NCBI GenBank assembly: GCA_951406725.2
Contig: OX597818.1
Location: 11,222,001-11,286,000 of the forward strand
Reading direction: 5' to 3'
Length of the DNA: 64,000 nt
DNA from: Octopus vulgaris
Taxonomy: Eukaryota
Every line of letters begins with the position of its first letter. Within the stretch, counting starts at the first letter, position 1. Below are positions 13,680 through 27,039 of this stretch, in pieces. The notes beneath the pieces were generated by a model that was given only the letters and a program-made list of their open reading frames with translations, did not search any database and was not told the DNA's origin. Made by a program: the position numbers and the translations under genes.

Positions 13680-14150
13680 GAGTGTGAGAGCAGCATATTC
13701 CATCAAAGTGACTCTGGGATGCAAGTATACAAAGTCCAATATACCCATAACTACCTGTCTTATAAGAGTTCACCAAGGACATGCATCACAGCTATATGGG
13801 CACAACATGCTGATCTCATTTCAAGATAAACAACACATGACCTTGCAGGTCAAGTTAGAATTTTCATCAGGTCAAGTAGCTCATCTCACTCAAAAGGTCC
13901 CTGAATAATATCTGTTTAAGGATGATTAACAAAACACCCATGTTTCCAGAATGGAATTCTTCAAACCCCAAAGAATTCCCCACCATACATGGCTATAATG
14001 CTCCCCTACTACTTCTGCTCATGATCAGAGATGCACATATCGTCAGCCACCAAGATATGCTCAACGGTTAAGGTCAAACAGTTGACAAGCAAATCTGTGG
14101 TATTGAGTAGAATATTTGCTGTAGCCCATCTTTTATACCAAATCAAAGCA
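13680..14150 (+). mobile_element. Interspersed repeat family D
   Basis: Colinear with 58212-58740 (AGTGAGAGAGCAG..CATCAAAGTGACACTGGG..GACAAGCAAATCTGTGGTATTGAG..CCCATCTTTTATACC). Confidence 0.7.
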
Positions 14151-14500
14151 TCATCATCATCATTTAGCGTCCGCTTTCCATGCTAGCATGGGTTGGATGG
14201 TTCAACTGGGGTCTGGGAAGCCAGTAGGTTGCACCAGGCCCAGTCTGATCTGGCAATGTTTCTACGGCTGGATGCCCTTCCTAACGCCAACCACTCCGTG
14301 AGTGTAGTGGGTGCTTTTTACGTGCCACCAGCACAGGAGCCAGACGAGGCTGGCAAACGGCCATGATCGGATGGTGCTTTTTACGTGCCACCGGCACAAG
14401 GCCAGTCGGGGCAGCGCTGGCAAAGGCCACGTTCGGATGGTTCTCTTATGTACCACCGGCACTGGTATCACAGCTGCAATTTCCATTGATGTTGATAGAT
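14150..14500 (-). mobile_element. SINE-like family C copy (little diverged)
   Basis: (CAT)n followed by CGTCCGCTTTCCATGCTAGCATGGGTTGG..GGATGCCCTTCCTAACGCCAACCAC; CpGs retained. Confidence 0.8.
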
Positions 14501-15510
14501 TTCGATTTTGATTTTGGATTTTATTATTATCATAGTGAGGCAATGGCATGGTAGAATCTTTAGCACTCTAGGTAGAATGTTTAGTGGCATTTTGTCCATC
14601 TTTACATTCAAATTCCACTGAATTCAAATTCTGATGAGGTTAGTCTTGCCTTTCATCCTTTTCAGGTTGATAAAATAAGTACCGGTCAAGCACTGAAGTC
14701 AATGCAGTCAACTTACCACTTTATGGTTTCCTTTCATTATAATTTTATTTCAGCTGCCTTAGCACCAGACACCCTCTGGGGGCTAAGAGCAGCAAGGGTA
14801 CTTTTGTTTTGCTATGCGTGCTAAAATCATCACCACATTTATTCCATTTTGGATGGAGAGTACTTTCCGTAGTATATGGGCTGTACCCTTCAAAGTTATC
14901 TTGTGTAGTTCATGAAGATTGGAGTTACCAGGGAGTTGCTCAATATACTTCTCAGCTCATTTTTTTTTTTTTCATTAGTTGACAGAATCATTAGCATGCT
15001 AGACAAAATGCTTAGCAGCATTTCATTAGTCTTTACATTTTGAGTTCAAATTCTGTTGAGGTCAACTTTGCCTTTCATCCTCTTGGGGTCAATAAAAGAA
15101 GTACCGTTTGAACACTTGGGGTCAATGTAATTGACTTATCTTCTCCCTGAAATTACTGGCTTACTGCCAAAATTTGAAATCATTATCATCATCATCAACA
15201 TCAGTAGTAGTAGTATGATATTGATTTTCTACTTATTATTGTCGCTGAGTCCCAGTTCTGCTCAGATAGACTCGACCTGTGATGAAACATGTTCTAGCCA
15301 TGAACATATTTTTGCTATTTTTGGGAGGTATGTAAAGCTGGAGGTGTATTCAGCCTGTTCATCTCAGACTACATTATTGAATCTTCTAGAATAATTCCTC
15401 TTTCTGAAATGTTAAGGTATGATTGAAGAGAGATTTTCTGGAAGCCTTCACACAAAAGATTCCTCTGTTGAACCAGCGTGTAATTGAACTTCTGTTTTTA
15501 TCTTTTGCAG

Positions 15511-15600
15511 ATCTCCATTTTTCTGACACTGCTACATATACTTGCCGTGCTGTTAGTGAAACTGGTGAAACTATATGGAGTGCATCATTAGTTGTACCAA
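15511..15600 (+). CDS. robo: Robo exon: C-terminal part of Ig5 (DLHFSDTATYTCRAVSETGETIWSASLVVP)
   Basis: TTTTGCAG acceptor and A|GTAAGT donor; 90 nt, phase 1-1; aligns with ROBO1 [24 protein letters not shown]. Confidence 0.95.
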
Positions 15601-15701
15601 GTAAGTACAATTTCCATTTCTCTTGATATATTTGCCTACATGAACTGTATATACAGCTTTGTGTATCTATGTATAAAGATTTAATGTGTATAAGGCATAG
15701 G

Positions 15702-16075
15702 TACAGGTGTGGCTGTGTGGTAAGAAGCTTGCTTCCCAAACTACATTTCTGAGTTCAGTCCCTCTGTGTGGTATCTGGGGCATGTCTTCTACTATAGGCG
15801 CAGGCTGACCAAAGTCCTGCAAGTGAATTTGTTAGATGGAAACTGAAAGAAGCTCATTGTATATGTATCTGTGTTTGTCCTCCACCACTGTTTTAGAACT
15901 GGTGTTGGTGGGTTTACATCCCCGAAGCTTAGTAGTTTGGCAACAAAAAAAAAAGACAGGGACTAAATATCGGGCTTTAAAAAAAAGTACCGGAGTCAAT
16001 TCATTCAACTAAAGGTTCGTCAAGGTGGTGCCCCAGCATGGCCACAGTTTCACGACTGAAACTAAAAGAAGATAA
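15702..16075 (+). mobile_element. SINE family A copy
   Basis: Same head, core and tail as 18654-19058. Confidence 0.8.
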
Positions 16076-16532
16076 AATATATATGCACATGTATACACTT
16101 ATGCAGATATGTGTGTGTATCTGTACGCTCACACAGTCCTTTTTCCTATTTGGTGAAAAGTTATTTGGAGCAACATTTATTGCCAAATGCCTTTGCTGGT
16201 GCCTGGATAGAACTACTAGTTACAGAAGATTTGCCTCAAGAAGTTTTGTCCAAACTATGCAAGGATGAAAAAGTGTACAGTAAAATTTGGTGATGCTGTT
16301 GCATGTGTACGTACATATATCTATAATTACATATGTGTGTGTGTGTGATTTGTTCATTTAATATCAATTTTACCTTCCTAGTTTGGGCTGTGCAAGGAGT
16401 TATTTGAGGCAATGCTTTTACAACCAGGGGCTCTTCCTATCTCTAACCCTTTCCTGTTTTTCAAGGTTGCATGCATGTATATATCTGTGTGCATATGTAT
16501 GTATGTGTGAACAAATATTTATGTATATATAT

Positions 16533-16576
<44 letters not shown>

Positions 16577-18653
16577 GCATATACACACATACATAGATCA
16601 TCATCGTTTAATGGATGTTGTTGGTGTTAAAAAGGGCATCCAGCCATTAAAACCATGCCAAAACAGAGTGAAGTTTGATGCAGTCTTCTGTCTAATCAGC
16701 TTCTCTCAAACTGCCCAACACACACACATCCATGCTGTGATTTGAACACAGGCCACCTGGGTAAAGCCCAGAAATTATAACCAATTTGTATGTATGTGTA
16801 CATGCTGACCACACACATCTGTGTGTGTGTATTTTATGTAAGTTGACAGAATTAAACAATTTTGTAACTATCTGTACATGTGTGTTCGTAGGTATATATA
16901 TATATATATATTTGATTCGGTTGGTTGACATTTGATGGTGGAAACTAACCCATTACCAATGACCTTTTTTTCATGTCTGTCATTTAGCAAGACACAAAAT
17001 TTCATACTTCAGCACATATAATGGTATGCACCCTTTGCATAGCTCCACCCATCCAATCCACCTCTCACATTTTGCAAGCCTAAAGGTCGCTCCACTTTGT
17101 CACTCTGCATCAGGGGGGTCATTCCAGCCTGTCAGTAACGCATTAAGAAACACTTTACCACGTCAGAGTGCATTAAGACCATGCTTGGCAGCCGAGAAAT
17201 TGCAGCTGTTCACATCAAGTAGAGTGACGACTCTGTCAGCTGCTGCCATTTCTGCTTCAGCAGCTCCTCAAAATTATAGAGCTCTCTCTTTCTTCCACCC
17301 TCAACACAATCGCTATTCATTTAAAGCAGCCCTCAATATTTAAAGATATTAGCATGCATAACTGCTCTGTTTATGACCACTGGGTTTCCTGATAAGCGTT
17401 TAATATTTTTCTTCTCTAACAAGTTCTATTTGTTATCAAGAATTGCATCTATTTCTATATTATAAGCACTTCTGTTGCATTGTTGTGGCAAATTTTTATA
17501 ACCATTGACCCTTTTTTTTTTGTTTTGTCTTTTGAGTTGTTTTCATATTTTTCTCTCTTTTTTGTGGAGTTGGTGGTAGAGGTATGCGTTTTAGTTTAGC
17601 TTTTGATGTGTTTTTGTTTATCCTTGTCATTGTAATTTTCGCTTTTTACTGCTGTTGCTGTTAATATTTCTGTTGTATGTTGTTGCTATTGTTATTGTTA
17701 CTGTTTTTTGTTGTTGTTTTAATTGCTCTTGTTTCAGTTAGTCTTGCTGTAGTTATTCCTGTTTTCTTTATTTTCATTAAAGCTGACATACTTTCGGTTC
17801 CTGATGTTCTATCTCAGCATAGTGTGTAACAGAAGTAATGGTGGGTGGGCGGGTGGATGGATGGATGGATGGATGGTGGCTAGAGACACACAGACTGACA
17901 GACAACAGAGACAGACAGACAGACGGACAGGGAAGAAAGTGATAGAAAGACAGATGCATGATGCAATTGGTGAGAGTAAATAATGGGTGTTGAAATAAGG
18001 GTGCTCACCAATAATCTGTAGTGGGAAACTGGAAGTGTGTATATGCATTGTGTGTGTTGTGTGTGTGTGTGTGTGTGTGTCTATTAGCCAGTGAAGATTG
18101 CCTGGGCGTTTGCAAATGTTGATGTCAATCAAAAAAACATCACTGATGATAATTTGCAGAGGCAGAAACAGAAAATAGTTTTGTTTGCTCTGACTAAAAC
18201 ACTCACTGTTTTCGACAGTCTTTTTTATATTTTTGTCTTTTGGGGTTTTTTTCTTCTTTGTTTTGTTTTATTTTTAAAGAATGCATAAAATAAGAAATAA
18301 AATTCAGAATGTCTCAATCACTCTGCTAAACTCCATTACTAACACAAGATGGAGAGATGCAAAAGTGATAGGATTTCATTTGTCTTTATGTTGAGCAATG
18401 GTTCCCAAGCAATTCTATGCTTAAAGACAACATACAAGGAAAATGTTAACTTGTCACTCCACCACCACCGTCTAACACACATTTTATTCGTACATCCAAA
18501 TAAAGAAGAAAGTGTTTATTTCATCACTCAACCTGCTCAATATAAAACAACTAAATCTTGCACTAATGCAACATGGTTCTGCAACTTGCTAGAAACAGCA
18601 GCCAGATCTCCCTCAAACCAAACTCTATCATACTTTTAAAAATGATCTTACTA

Positions 18654-19058
18654 GGTGCAGGAGTGGCTGTGTGATAAGTAGCTTGCTTACCAACCACATG
18701 GTTCTGGGTTCAGTCCCACTGCGTAACACCTTGGGCAACTATCTTCTACTATAGCTTCGGGCCGACCAAAGTCTTGTGAGTGAATTTGGGAGACGGAAAC
18801 TGAAAGAAGCCCTTCGTAGATAGATATATATATGCGTGTGTGTATGTGTGCTTTTGTGTCTGTGTTTGTCCCCAACATCACTTGACAACTGATGCTGGTG
18901 TGTTTACGTCCCCGTCACTTAGCGGTTCAGCAAAAGAGACCAATAGAATAAGTACTAGGCTTACAAAGAATAAGTCCTGGGGGCGATTTGTTCGATTAAA
19001 GGCAGTGCTCCAGCATGGCTGCAGTCAAATAACTGAAACAAGTAAAAGAGCGAAAGAA
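18654..19058 (+). mobile_element. SINE family A copy (tRNA-like head, CORE-like ACCTTGGGCAA segment, internal (TA)/(TG) microsatellite), inserted into a family-H repeat
   Basis: A-box-like TGGCTGTGTGATAAG and B-box-like GGTTCAGTCCC; >12 copies in the window. The flanks 18570-18650 and 19060-19175 are the two halves of a family-H element. Confidence 0.85.
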
Positions 19059-19199
19059 AGATTATGTAGGCCTAGATACATTATGCCTGAATACAAAATG
19101 GGATGGTCATGGCTGGAATTTTTCATCATAAATCCTTGCAATCAAAGTCAGTCTTGAGTTAAACAACAATAACAACTGCCATTCTTCAAATCATGCACC

Positions 19200-20520
19200 A
19201 CCAGTTGGTGTCACTATGAGGTTTCTCTATGTCCATATATCATGATCTGGCATGACATTCATCAAGACACTGCCATGTAGTTCAAAGTCTTCCTCAATGA
19301 TTTTCTTGAGGGTCATGTTTGGATCACCATGTCTACAAGTGATGTCAGAAGGCAATAACAGAACTACCACACCAGTTTCACTTTGTCTCATTACATGTCC
19401 AGCAAGGGCTAGGCAACATTTTCTTATAACCATTGAAATCTTTGGAAGACACCTATATAAGATCTTGTTTGTTGTGTGTAACTGCCAAGGGATATTAAGT
19501 ATGCAAGAGACTTCCTTGTCAGGGTCCATGACTCTGAGCAATAAAGGATTGATTCCACAATGTCTTTCAAAACCCTGATTCTGGTGGTTTGATTGATTAA
19601 TGCAGTCCAGACAATAGGAAGGGAGTGGTTAAGCCTCACACCCAGTCCTGACCAATTTGGGTAGGGATATCAAAAAGAAGTGTTGGTGGGGCACTCGGTT
19701 GGTTATGATGGCAAAAGTTCCAGGTGATTTGATCAATGGAACAGACTGCTCATAAAATTAATATGTATGTGACTGAGCACTCCACAGCCACATGTACCCT
19801 TAACATAGTCCTCAGGGAGATTCAACATGTCACAGAATGTGACACGGCTGGCCCTTTTGAAATACAGGTACTGCTCATTTTTGCCTGCTGAGTGGACTGA
19901 AGCAACGTGAAATAAAGTGTTTTGCTCAAGGACACAATGCATCACCAGGAATTGAACTCACAACCTTATGATCATGAGCCAAATACCCTAACCACTAAGC
20001 CATACAACTTAACAAGTTTTATGTAACCACCCAGGTACTTGAACTCAACTTTTTCAATTTTGGATCCATCAAGTGAACACAACAGAGAAGTGATGGATAC
20101 CTCTCGGTGCATGTACATCATTTTCAATGCATTCAAAAACAAACCAAGTTCCTGGGTAGCTCTCACAATTGGTGGAGTAAACCCTAGGCTGCTGACAAAT
20201 TGTCTTCAAGAAAGCAGATGTTATCTGTACATGCAAGTTCTGCAAACAACTCTGCTGGTTAGTGTGAGCTCTGACATCTCTTGAATGTAATTACATCTGA
20301 TGGCGTAATGGCACTTCTCAAAGCATAATCCAGAGTCACAATGAAGAGAAAGATAGCCAAAGGATTACCTTGTAGGACTCCAGTGTTCATCTCAAAAAAT
20401 TCAACACCATAAGCAGGATCCCTAATATAACATTCTTGTCAATAGAGTCAAACAACTTAAAGATGTCAATGAAGAGAAGCACAACTTCTTTCTTATAATT
20501 TTGAATCTCCTCAATCAACA
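19200..20520 (-). mobile_element. Decayed RTE-like LINE reverse transcriptase/C-terminal remnant, interrupted by a SINE at ~19685-20010
   Basis: Minus-strand motifs: LFIDI.KLFDSID (~20440-20480), NTGVLQGNPLAIFLFIVTLDYA (~20320-20390), KIEKVEFKYLG (~20030-20060), ESILYCSESWTL and ALAGHVMR. Confidence 0.75.
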
Positions 20521-23500
20521 GCCCTTTTACCATTTTAAAAGTTAAACTATATTTTTTGATTTGTAGATTTTAGAAAAGCCATAACCACATTGTGTAGATA
20601 GGATGCCCACAGCTAAAAATGCTGGTAAAACAATTAAAGTGTAGGTAAACTCGCAGGCAATTTATATTTGCATATGTGGGTTGCCCCTAAATGGTATATT
20701 GCTTTGAGTCAGCTCAAGTAAAAGTTGATTAGGTTTCCTTCATGACAAAAATGACAGTACCACATATAAAAATATATTTTTCCAGTGGAAGCATAAAACA
20801 TTGTGTATGAGAAAACAGCAAAAAAGAGCTGTACATTATTTTAAAAAATTACCTTTGATTAGTGCTGAAGTATTTTTATTCTTTCTTTTACGGATTTCAA
20901 TCATTGGATTACAACTATGCTGGGATACTGCTTTGAATGATTTTCAAAAATTTTTGTGGACTATTTCAGCCCTCATTATTTTGTCTGGTCCTCAAGGTGA
21001 CAAGCGGGCAGAATCTTTACTGCACTAGACAAAAATGCTTAACAAGATTTCGTCTGTCTTTACATTCTGAGTTCAAATTCTATTGAGGTCTACTTTGCCT
21101 CTCATCCTTTCAAGGTCGATAAAATGAGTACCAGTTAAACACTGGGGTTGATTTAATTGACTTAGTCCCTGCCGCCTAACCTGCTGGCCTTGTGCCAAAA
21201 TTTGAAACCAATATTTTGTCTGGTACTTATTTTAGACGATAAAAGAAGTGGAATGAAAGCTGTTCAAATTCTTATTGTAGGAACCCAATCCATGATGAAA
21301 ATATCAATGTAAATTTCATTAAACACAAAGAAACTCAACTCTAACCCCAAGAATCGGGTTATGGATTTTTACCAAGAATTGCTGTTATCTCTGTTTTCCT
21401 TCCTCTAATGTCTTTTAGAAAAAAAAATACCAGAAATCTACTGAGAATAATTCAATCAATTATACATTAAATAAATCATCAGATTATAAAATATTTATGG
21501 TTTATTAAAAGTTGGTGAATTTGTAGTGTCATAAGAGCATCAGATAGAATTAATATCTCATGGTATTGGTGCCAGTTCTCTGCACTCAAATGTTCAAATC
21601 CTACCATGTCAACTTTTCATTCTTTTGAGGTTGATAATGCACCAGCCAAGTGCAAGGGTTTCTTCTTCTTCTTCCCCCTCCTTCTCTCTCTCTCTCTCTC
21701 TCTCTCTTTCAGCTATGTTGTATTGTGAGGAAAATCATGATGTTGAGGTATAAAAGGGTTAAAGCAAGAGACAAGAAATTTCTTCTCATAGAGAAATTGA
21801 TATGCTACTAGAACTATTCAAGTACAGACTTTTGTGCAGTACAGAAGGGATGAAACATAATGGAGATAAAGAATAAAAAAAAAAACCCCATAAAGATCAG
21901 CATTTAGATTGTGTCTGAACTAGGGATTTTTAAAAGAGGTTAATGATAGAAAGTTCAATGATACAGATGATGGCATTCTTCACTTTTCTTTAACCTTCAA
22001 CACAGTGACTTAATTCAAATGCAACTAAGGCACTTCACATGAAAGCTATCCTGCTTCCCTCAACAAAGGTGTTGAAAATACACTATAATGAATGTAACAG
22101 GCTAGTTACTTTTGACATCACAAAGACACACTCACTACCCATAATCATGTTAACAACTTTTTATTTTATCTTCTGTAATATTGGACAATAGACAATTAAC
22201 ACTTTGCAAATATTAGATGTCACAATCCTTGATGATTTTCCATAGTGATCTTACATTTATAACAGGGCTAAAGCTGCTTGGCAAAGACTAACCATTCTTT
22301 TCTGGATCTAAAAGTGTCTCAGTCTTGATCAGTTGTTGGCCTTCCACAAAATATATATGAGATCCCAAATTGAGTACTACTCTTATATTTTGGATGGTTG
22401 TTGTCATTTCACACTAACATTTAAGATCACATCTGAAGAAACACCATCTGACTGATTGACAAAGACTCAGTTACCAACAACTTCTGGATTACAGATGTAC
22501 TGTCTGCTCTCTTTCTGCCTATTACACCACTACTCCAACATCCCCTGCACTGCCTACCTAGCTAGCTGCATACCTCCTAAACCCAGTCAACACACCTGTC
22601 TCTTTTCCTTTCCTTATTCCTACTTTGTTGCAACCTGTATCTAGATTCTTCATTTACCGTTTCTCAGCCTTACCACTGAAAAACATTTATCCTTCAAAAT
22701 TCTCTTGCCTCTCAAATTTTCCTGTTGATGTTGAACTACAAGATGTTCAAGATTAATATATGCCGTGTATATATACAGTCTCAGAAGGCCAACAAAGGTC
22801 ATGGGCACTGCACCTTCCTATTGATTAAGCTAAGAAAAAAATATAAGAATAGAGATACTTTCTTGTGTCTTTATCATTATCTCTCTGTTTCATGTTCAGT
22901 TCGCTGTGGCTTTCCTCTGCGAATCAGGGAAATATATATAACAATTGCCAACTGTCCCTTGTGGCTTGCCAAAATAAATCAATATTCTAGATTATGTCTG
23001 CTGGGAAATTTTCAATTGTTGACATATCAGAAATTAGGTTTCTTGAGAACAAATACATTCTGCTTGATCTGTGGTTGATTCAGATTCCTCTTGGAATTAT
23101 CAACTGAAGAGGAAAACTGTTTGGAACTGATTTTGATTGTGTGAAAATTGTTATTTGGTTTTTGTTTTTGTCAGGAAATGATTGCTAAAAAAGTAAAAAG
23201 AATTGAAAGAACACAGTCATTTCACGTGATATATAAAAATGTGTAATCATAGTTAGAATAATATGACTAAATCATTTTGAATAAAACCTTTGATATCGTA
23301 TGACTCAGTTGTTGGTCAGCAAATGACAGTCCAAAGAAGCTTCGGTGAAAAATGTTTTAGAATTTCATGGCAACCCCATTGCTTATGTCTATTCCTTTTG
23401 GTTGCATCTTAGTAACAAAGGATGGCTTTCATTTTTACCTGTGCATATCAAGTTTGGCATAGATTCACTTACCAACATTCTCCAATCTAAGGACCACAGA

Positions 23501-24354
23501 TGTGTTGTCTTCTCTATCTTTTCTACCTGTAATACAGATGTCTGTGACTTGAAATTAGCTTGTGACATACCACCTTCACTATGGCACTTCCAAGTCCTCT
23601 TCCTCTTAGACCCTACATTAACTACAACATCTAGTCCTTCCTGGAAAACAATCTCTCTGGAATTCCTCCCCAATCCATGTTTTTCCTGCAGCCATCAAGT
23701 TGCAGTCCAAGAGGACCATGAACCATATCAATCTTACTAGTCTCAGAAACTATGTAATAATGTTTAAAGGTGCAACCTGTTTTTTCTTTTAAAAAAAAAA
23801 AGAATGTAAAACACTGTTACAAAATATCTAAAGCATAACAGTTTTAACTCGGTTGACTAAGACAACTGTAGACACTAGTCTTTCATTGTTTTTGTTGTTT
23901 ATACTATTGTGGATCTAGATCATCCACATCCAATAAACCCAATATAGAAAACCTTACAACTGTTGTCTATTTTTAAAAGTCATAATGTATCCATGTCTAT
24001 ATTATCTAATGTATTTTTCATTTTTTAAGATGGTAGGGAGATTTGGCTGGTATTTCTAGCAAAATAAGCAACCATGTAGAGTCTGTTTCATTGGCTTGTC
24101 TTAATGACTTTATCACGCCCATTGCAAGGCTTGAGCTCAGCATTGCAACCTAATGGAACACTTGTTCAGTTTACATTGTTTCTTACCGCTAGTTATAGTA
24201 ATGAATTTTACATTCGACATGGTTAAGAGATAGTAATCAACCATTTTTGGGAACTATTTTACGGTCTTAGATTATGTTTAAATACATTATAATAAAATGA
24301 CATAATTTCCAAATATTGATGTATTTCTAACAGCACTTTGTTTCATTCTTTCAG

Positions 24355-24545
24355 GTCCTGAAGCAACTAATGTGCAATACCATCGAGCACCGCAACAAAA
24401 CCAGTTACCTGGAGCTCCATCCCAACCTGAAATCAGCAGTGTCACAGATACAACTGTCCATCTTTCTTGGCGTCCTAGTATACATAAAGGGGGTTCACCT
24501 CTATATGAATTTATTGTAGAATATTTCAGTCCGCAGAGTGGAAAT
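24355..24545 (+). CDS. robo: Robo exon: Ig5-FN1 linker and N-terminal half of FN3 domain 1 (SPEATNVQYHRAPQQNQLPGAPSQPEISSVTDTTVHLSWRPSIHKGGSPLYEFIVEYFSPQSGN)
   Basis: TTTCAG acceptor; AAT|GTAAGT donor; phase 1-0; matches ROBO1 [29 protein letters not shown]. Confidence 0.95.
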
Positions 24546-24844
24546 GTAAGTCATTGTTTTTTCCTGCTCTTCATCATGTACAGAATAACAATAATAGGCA
24601 AATTATATTCCTATGTCTTAAAATGGTTAGCATAAAAAAAAAAGCATCCTGCCAAAAATTCTGTCTCAGAACATCCTACTAGAAAGTTCCTACACTAACC
24701 ACAACATCCAGTCCTTGCTCCCCAAAATATTATCCCTCTGAAATTCTTTCCCAGGTCATGTTTTTCCTGTTGCCATCTAGTTGCATTTAAGAGGTATATT
24801 ATGTCGGTCTTACTGGTTTCAGAGATATGTATGAAAAAATTATA

Positions 24845-25375
24845 AGAATGTAAAAATCTGTTATAAATTCAGAATCTGGAAAAGGAGACAAAAGTATTAA
24901 TCATCTCTTAAATGAATGCAGTGAGCAAGAGAAAATTGAGATGATGGTGTTAGTAAAAGAGAATATTGGGATGATAGCAAAGTGTGTGGGTTCAAAGTGA
25001 TTGAAAAGTGGCATGGACATGAGCTTGAGGTTGTGATGGTGAATGATAATTTCAGGATTTATGAGATTTTTCTGAAAAGATTAACCATAATATTGAAGCA
25101 AGGAGATTAGATAATATTGAGGACAAAAAGGGAAAAAAGTGTAAAATTATAGACTTATAGAGTATACCAAAGAAATTGATAAATATGAGGACCAAGCCAG
25201 ACAGATGAAATAAAGTGACAATTTTACCTGTAGTAATTAGTGCACTTAGGACAACACTCAAACATCTGCCTAGGATGCCCGAATGATATTGGAATTGTTG
25301 ACCTGTAGAAAAGTGTTGTCCTGTCTTTTGCTAGTATGCCAAAAAAGATTCTTGGAATTTTAAGAGGATTTGTCA
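24845..25375 (+). mobile_element. Decayed C-terminal zinc-knuckle/restriction-like endonuclease region of an RLE-clade (R4/Dong-like) LINE
   Basis: Broken translations: RIWK.ETKVLII/ESINHL..EC, HNIEARRLD (degenerate RPD), KKCKIID, EIDKYED, KVTILPVVISALRTT. Confidence 0.55.
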
Positions 25376-25689
25376 CCAAACATTAAGACAACATCTTCTG
25401 CTGACTAAAATAGCTTGTCATAGCTTCATGATAGTAATAATAATAATGATGATGATGAAGATGACGACAATTTGTTTTTCTTATTTTCCACAGTGGCATC
25501 TGTTGAGGAGGGCAGTTTACAGGAGAAGGTTATGTAAAAAAGAGGATGGGAAGGATAAAAGAGATAGGATAAAAAGTATATATGATATTCATATAAGTGA
25601 ACACATGGAAGTATGCAAAACTTATCCTCCACAGCAGGATTATTAATGCTGCTCCCTCTTCTGAAGAAGATTGACCTGCAAGAGCTCAG

Positions 25690-25950
25690 TGCTGGTGCCG
25701 CATAAAAAGTTCCAATGCTGACACCATGTAATAGCACCCATGCCAGTGCCACATGAAGGCATTCATGCTGGCACCATGTAAAAAGCACCCAGTACACTCT
25801 AAAGTGTTTGCTGTTAGGAAGGGCATCCAGCCATAGAAATCAAGCCAAGTCAGATTAGAACCTGGTGCAGCTCACCCTGCTTGCTAGCTCAGGTCAAACC
25901 ATCCAACCCATGCCAGCATGGAAAACAGACATTAAATGATGATGGATGAT
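25690..25950 (+). mobile_element. SINE-like family C copy
   Basis: GTTAGGAAGGGCATCCAGCC..CCAACCCATGCCAGCATGGAAAACAGACATTAAATGATGATG. Confidence 0.75.
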
Positions 25951-27039
25951 GCTGTCCTGATTCTTGAGATTCTCCAGTAGGGCCAATCAAAGAAGCTTAC
26001 AAATCCAGGATCACCCTGACCAATATTTTGTCTTCTGCCCCACAGATAGTCTTTTCTTCTTCTTTTCAAATATTTTGTCCATTTCTTTTACCAACATTTT
26101 GTTAGGTACTCTACCAATATTTCTATCTATTGTCATTTTCCTTACTATATATCTATTTATGATAGTAAAAAAAAAAAATTAACACCAGCATCATACCACA
26201 TATTTCAGAGGGAGAGACACATGATAACATCACTGGTATTTATCTTATCGACTCTTGAGTGATGAGCATCAAATCTGGGAAGGGTTAAGGAAGATAAGAA
26301 AGATAAAAAGAAAGGAAATAGGGGGAATAAAAGGCAATGTGAAGGAGAAGAAGAATTGAAAAAATGAGGAGGAAAAAGAATAAAAATAAGATAAAACAGT
26401 CATAAAAGAAAAAAAATTGGGATAAAGAAGTGTAAAATGCAAATGGAGTAAGGTGATTGGATTTTGGACTTATGGTAGTGGTGGCAGCAATGGTAAAAGT
26501 AGTGGTGGTGGTGGGGTAATGACTTGAAGATTTGTAAAATCTAAAGGTGGAAAACGTGGTGATGGTGGTGGTGTTTATAGTAGTGATAATTGTTGTGAGG
26601 TTGTAGTAGTGGTGGTGATGATGATATTGGTGAGGCTGTTGTGATGCTGGTTTGTCAGTCATAGTGGTAATGATTGAGGTGACTGTGGTAATAACGAATA
26701 GATGGGTGGCTGGGTGGGGTTGGTTGCTCAGCGTGACTTTTTTGTTTATATTTTTTTTTTTATGTCATGATGGAAAGGGTGAAAGAAAAGAGTGAATTTG
26801 AAGCTATTTAAAACAGGATTTTATCCGTTAAAACTCTTCACTGATTTTCATATAAAATTATCTTCCTGATTAAGAAATCTTCATTGACAGATAATCCTTA
26901 TCCTTTCACACAAGAGCAATCAATGTACAACAGCAAGGATGTCTCTTCAATCTTCATTATTATCACCCATACATGCTCTACTGCATCTTCAAAAATAGAT
27001 TCCTTTTTCCATTTGAATGGATCTTATGAACCTGTTTTT

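Noticed and set aside
18654-18730. tRNA-like A/B boxes
   Set aside because: SINE heads, not tRNA genes: no complete cloverleaf, and they are attached to SINE core and tail.
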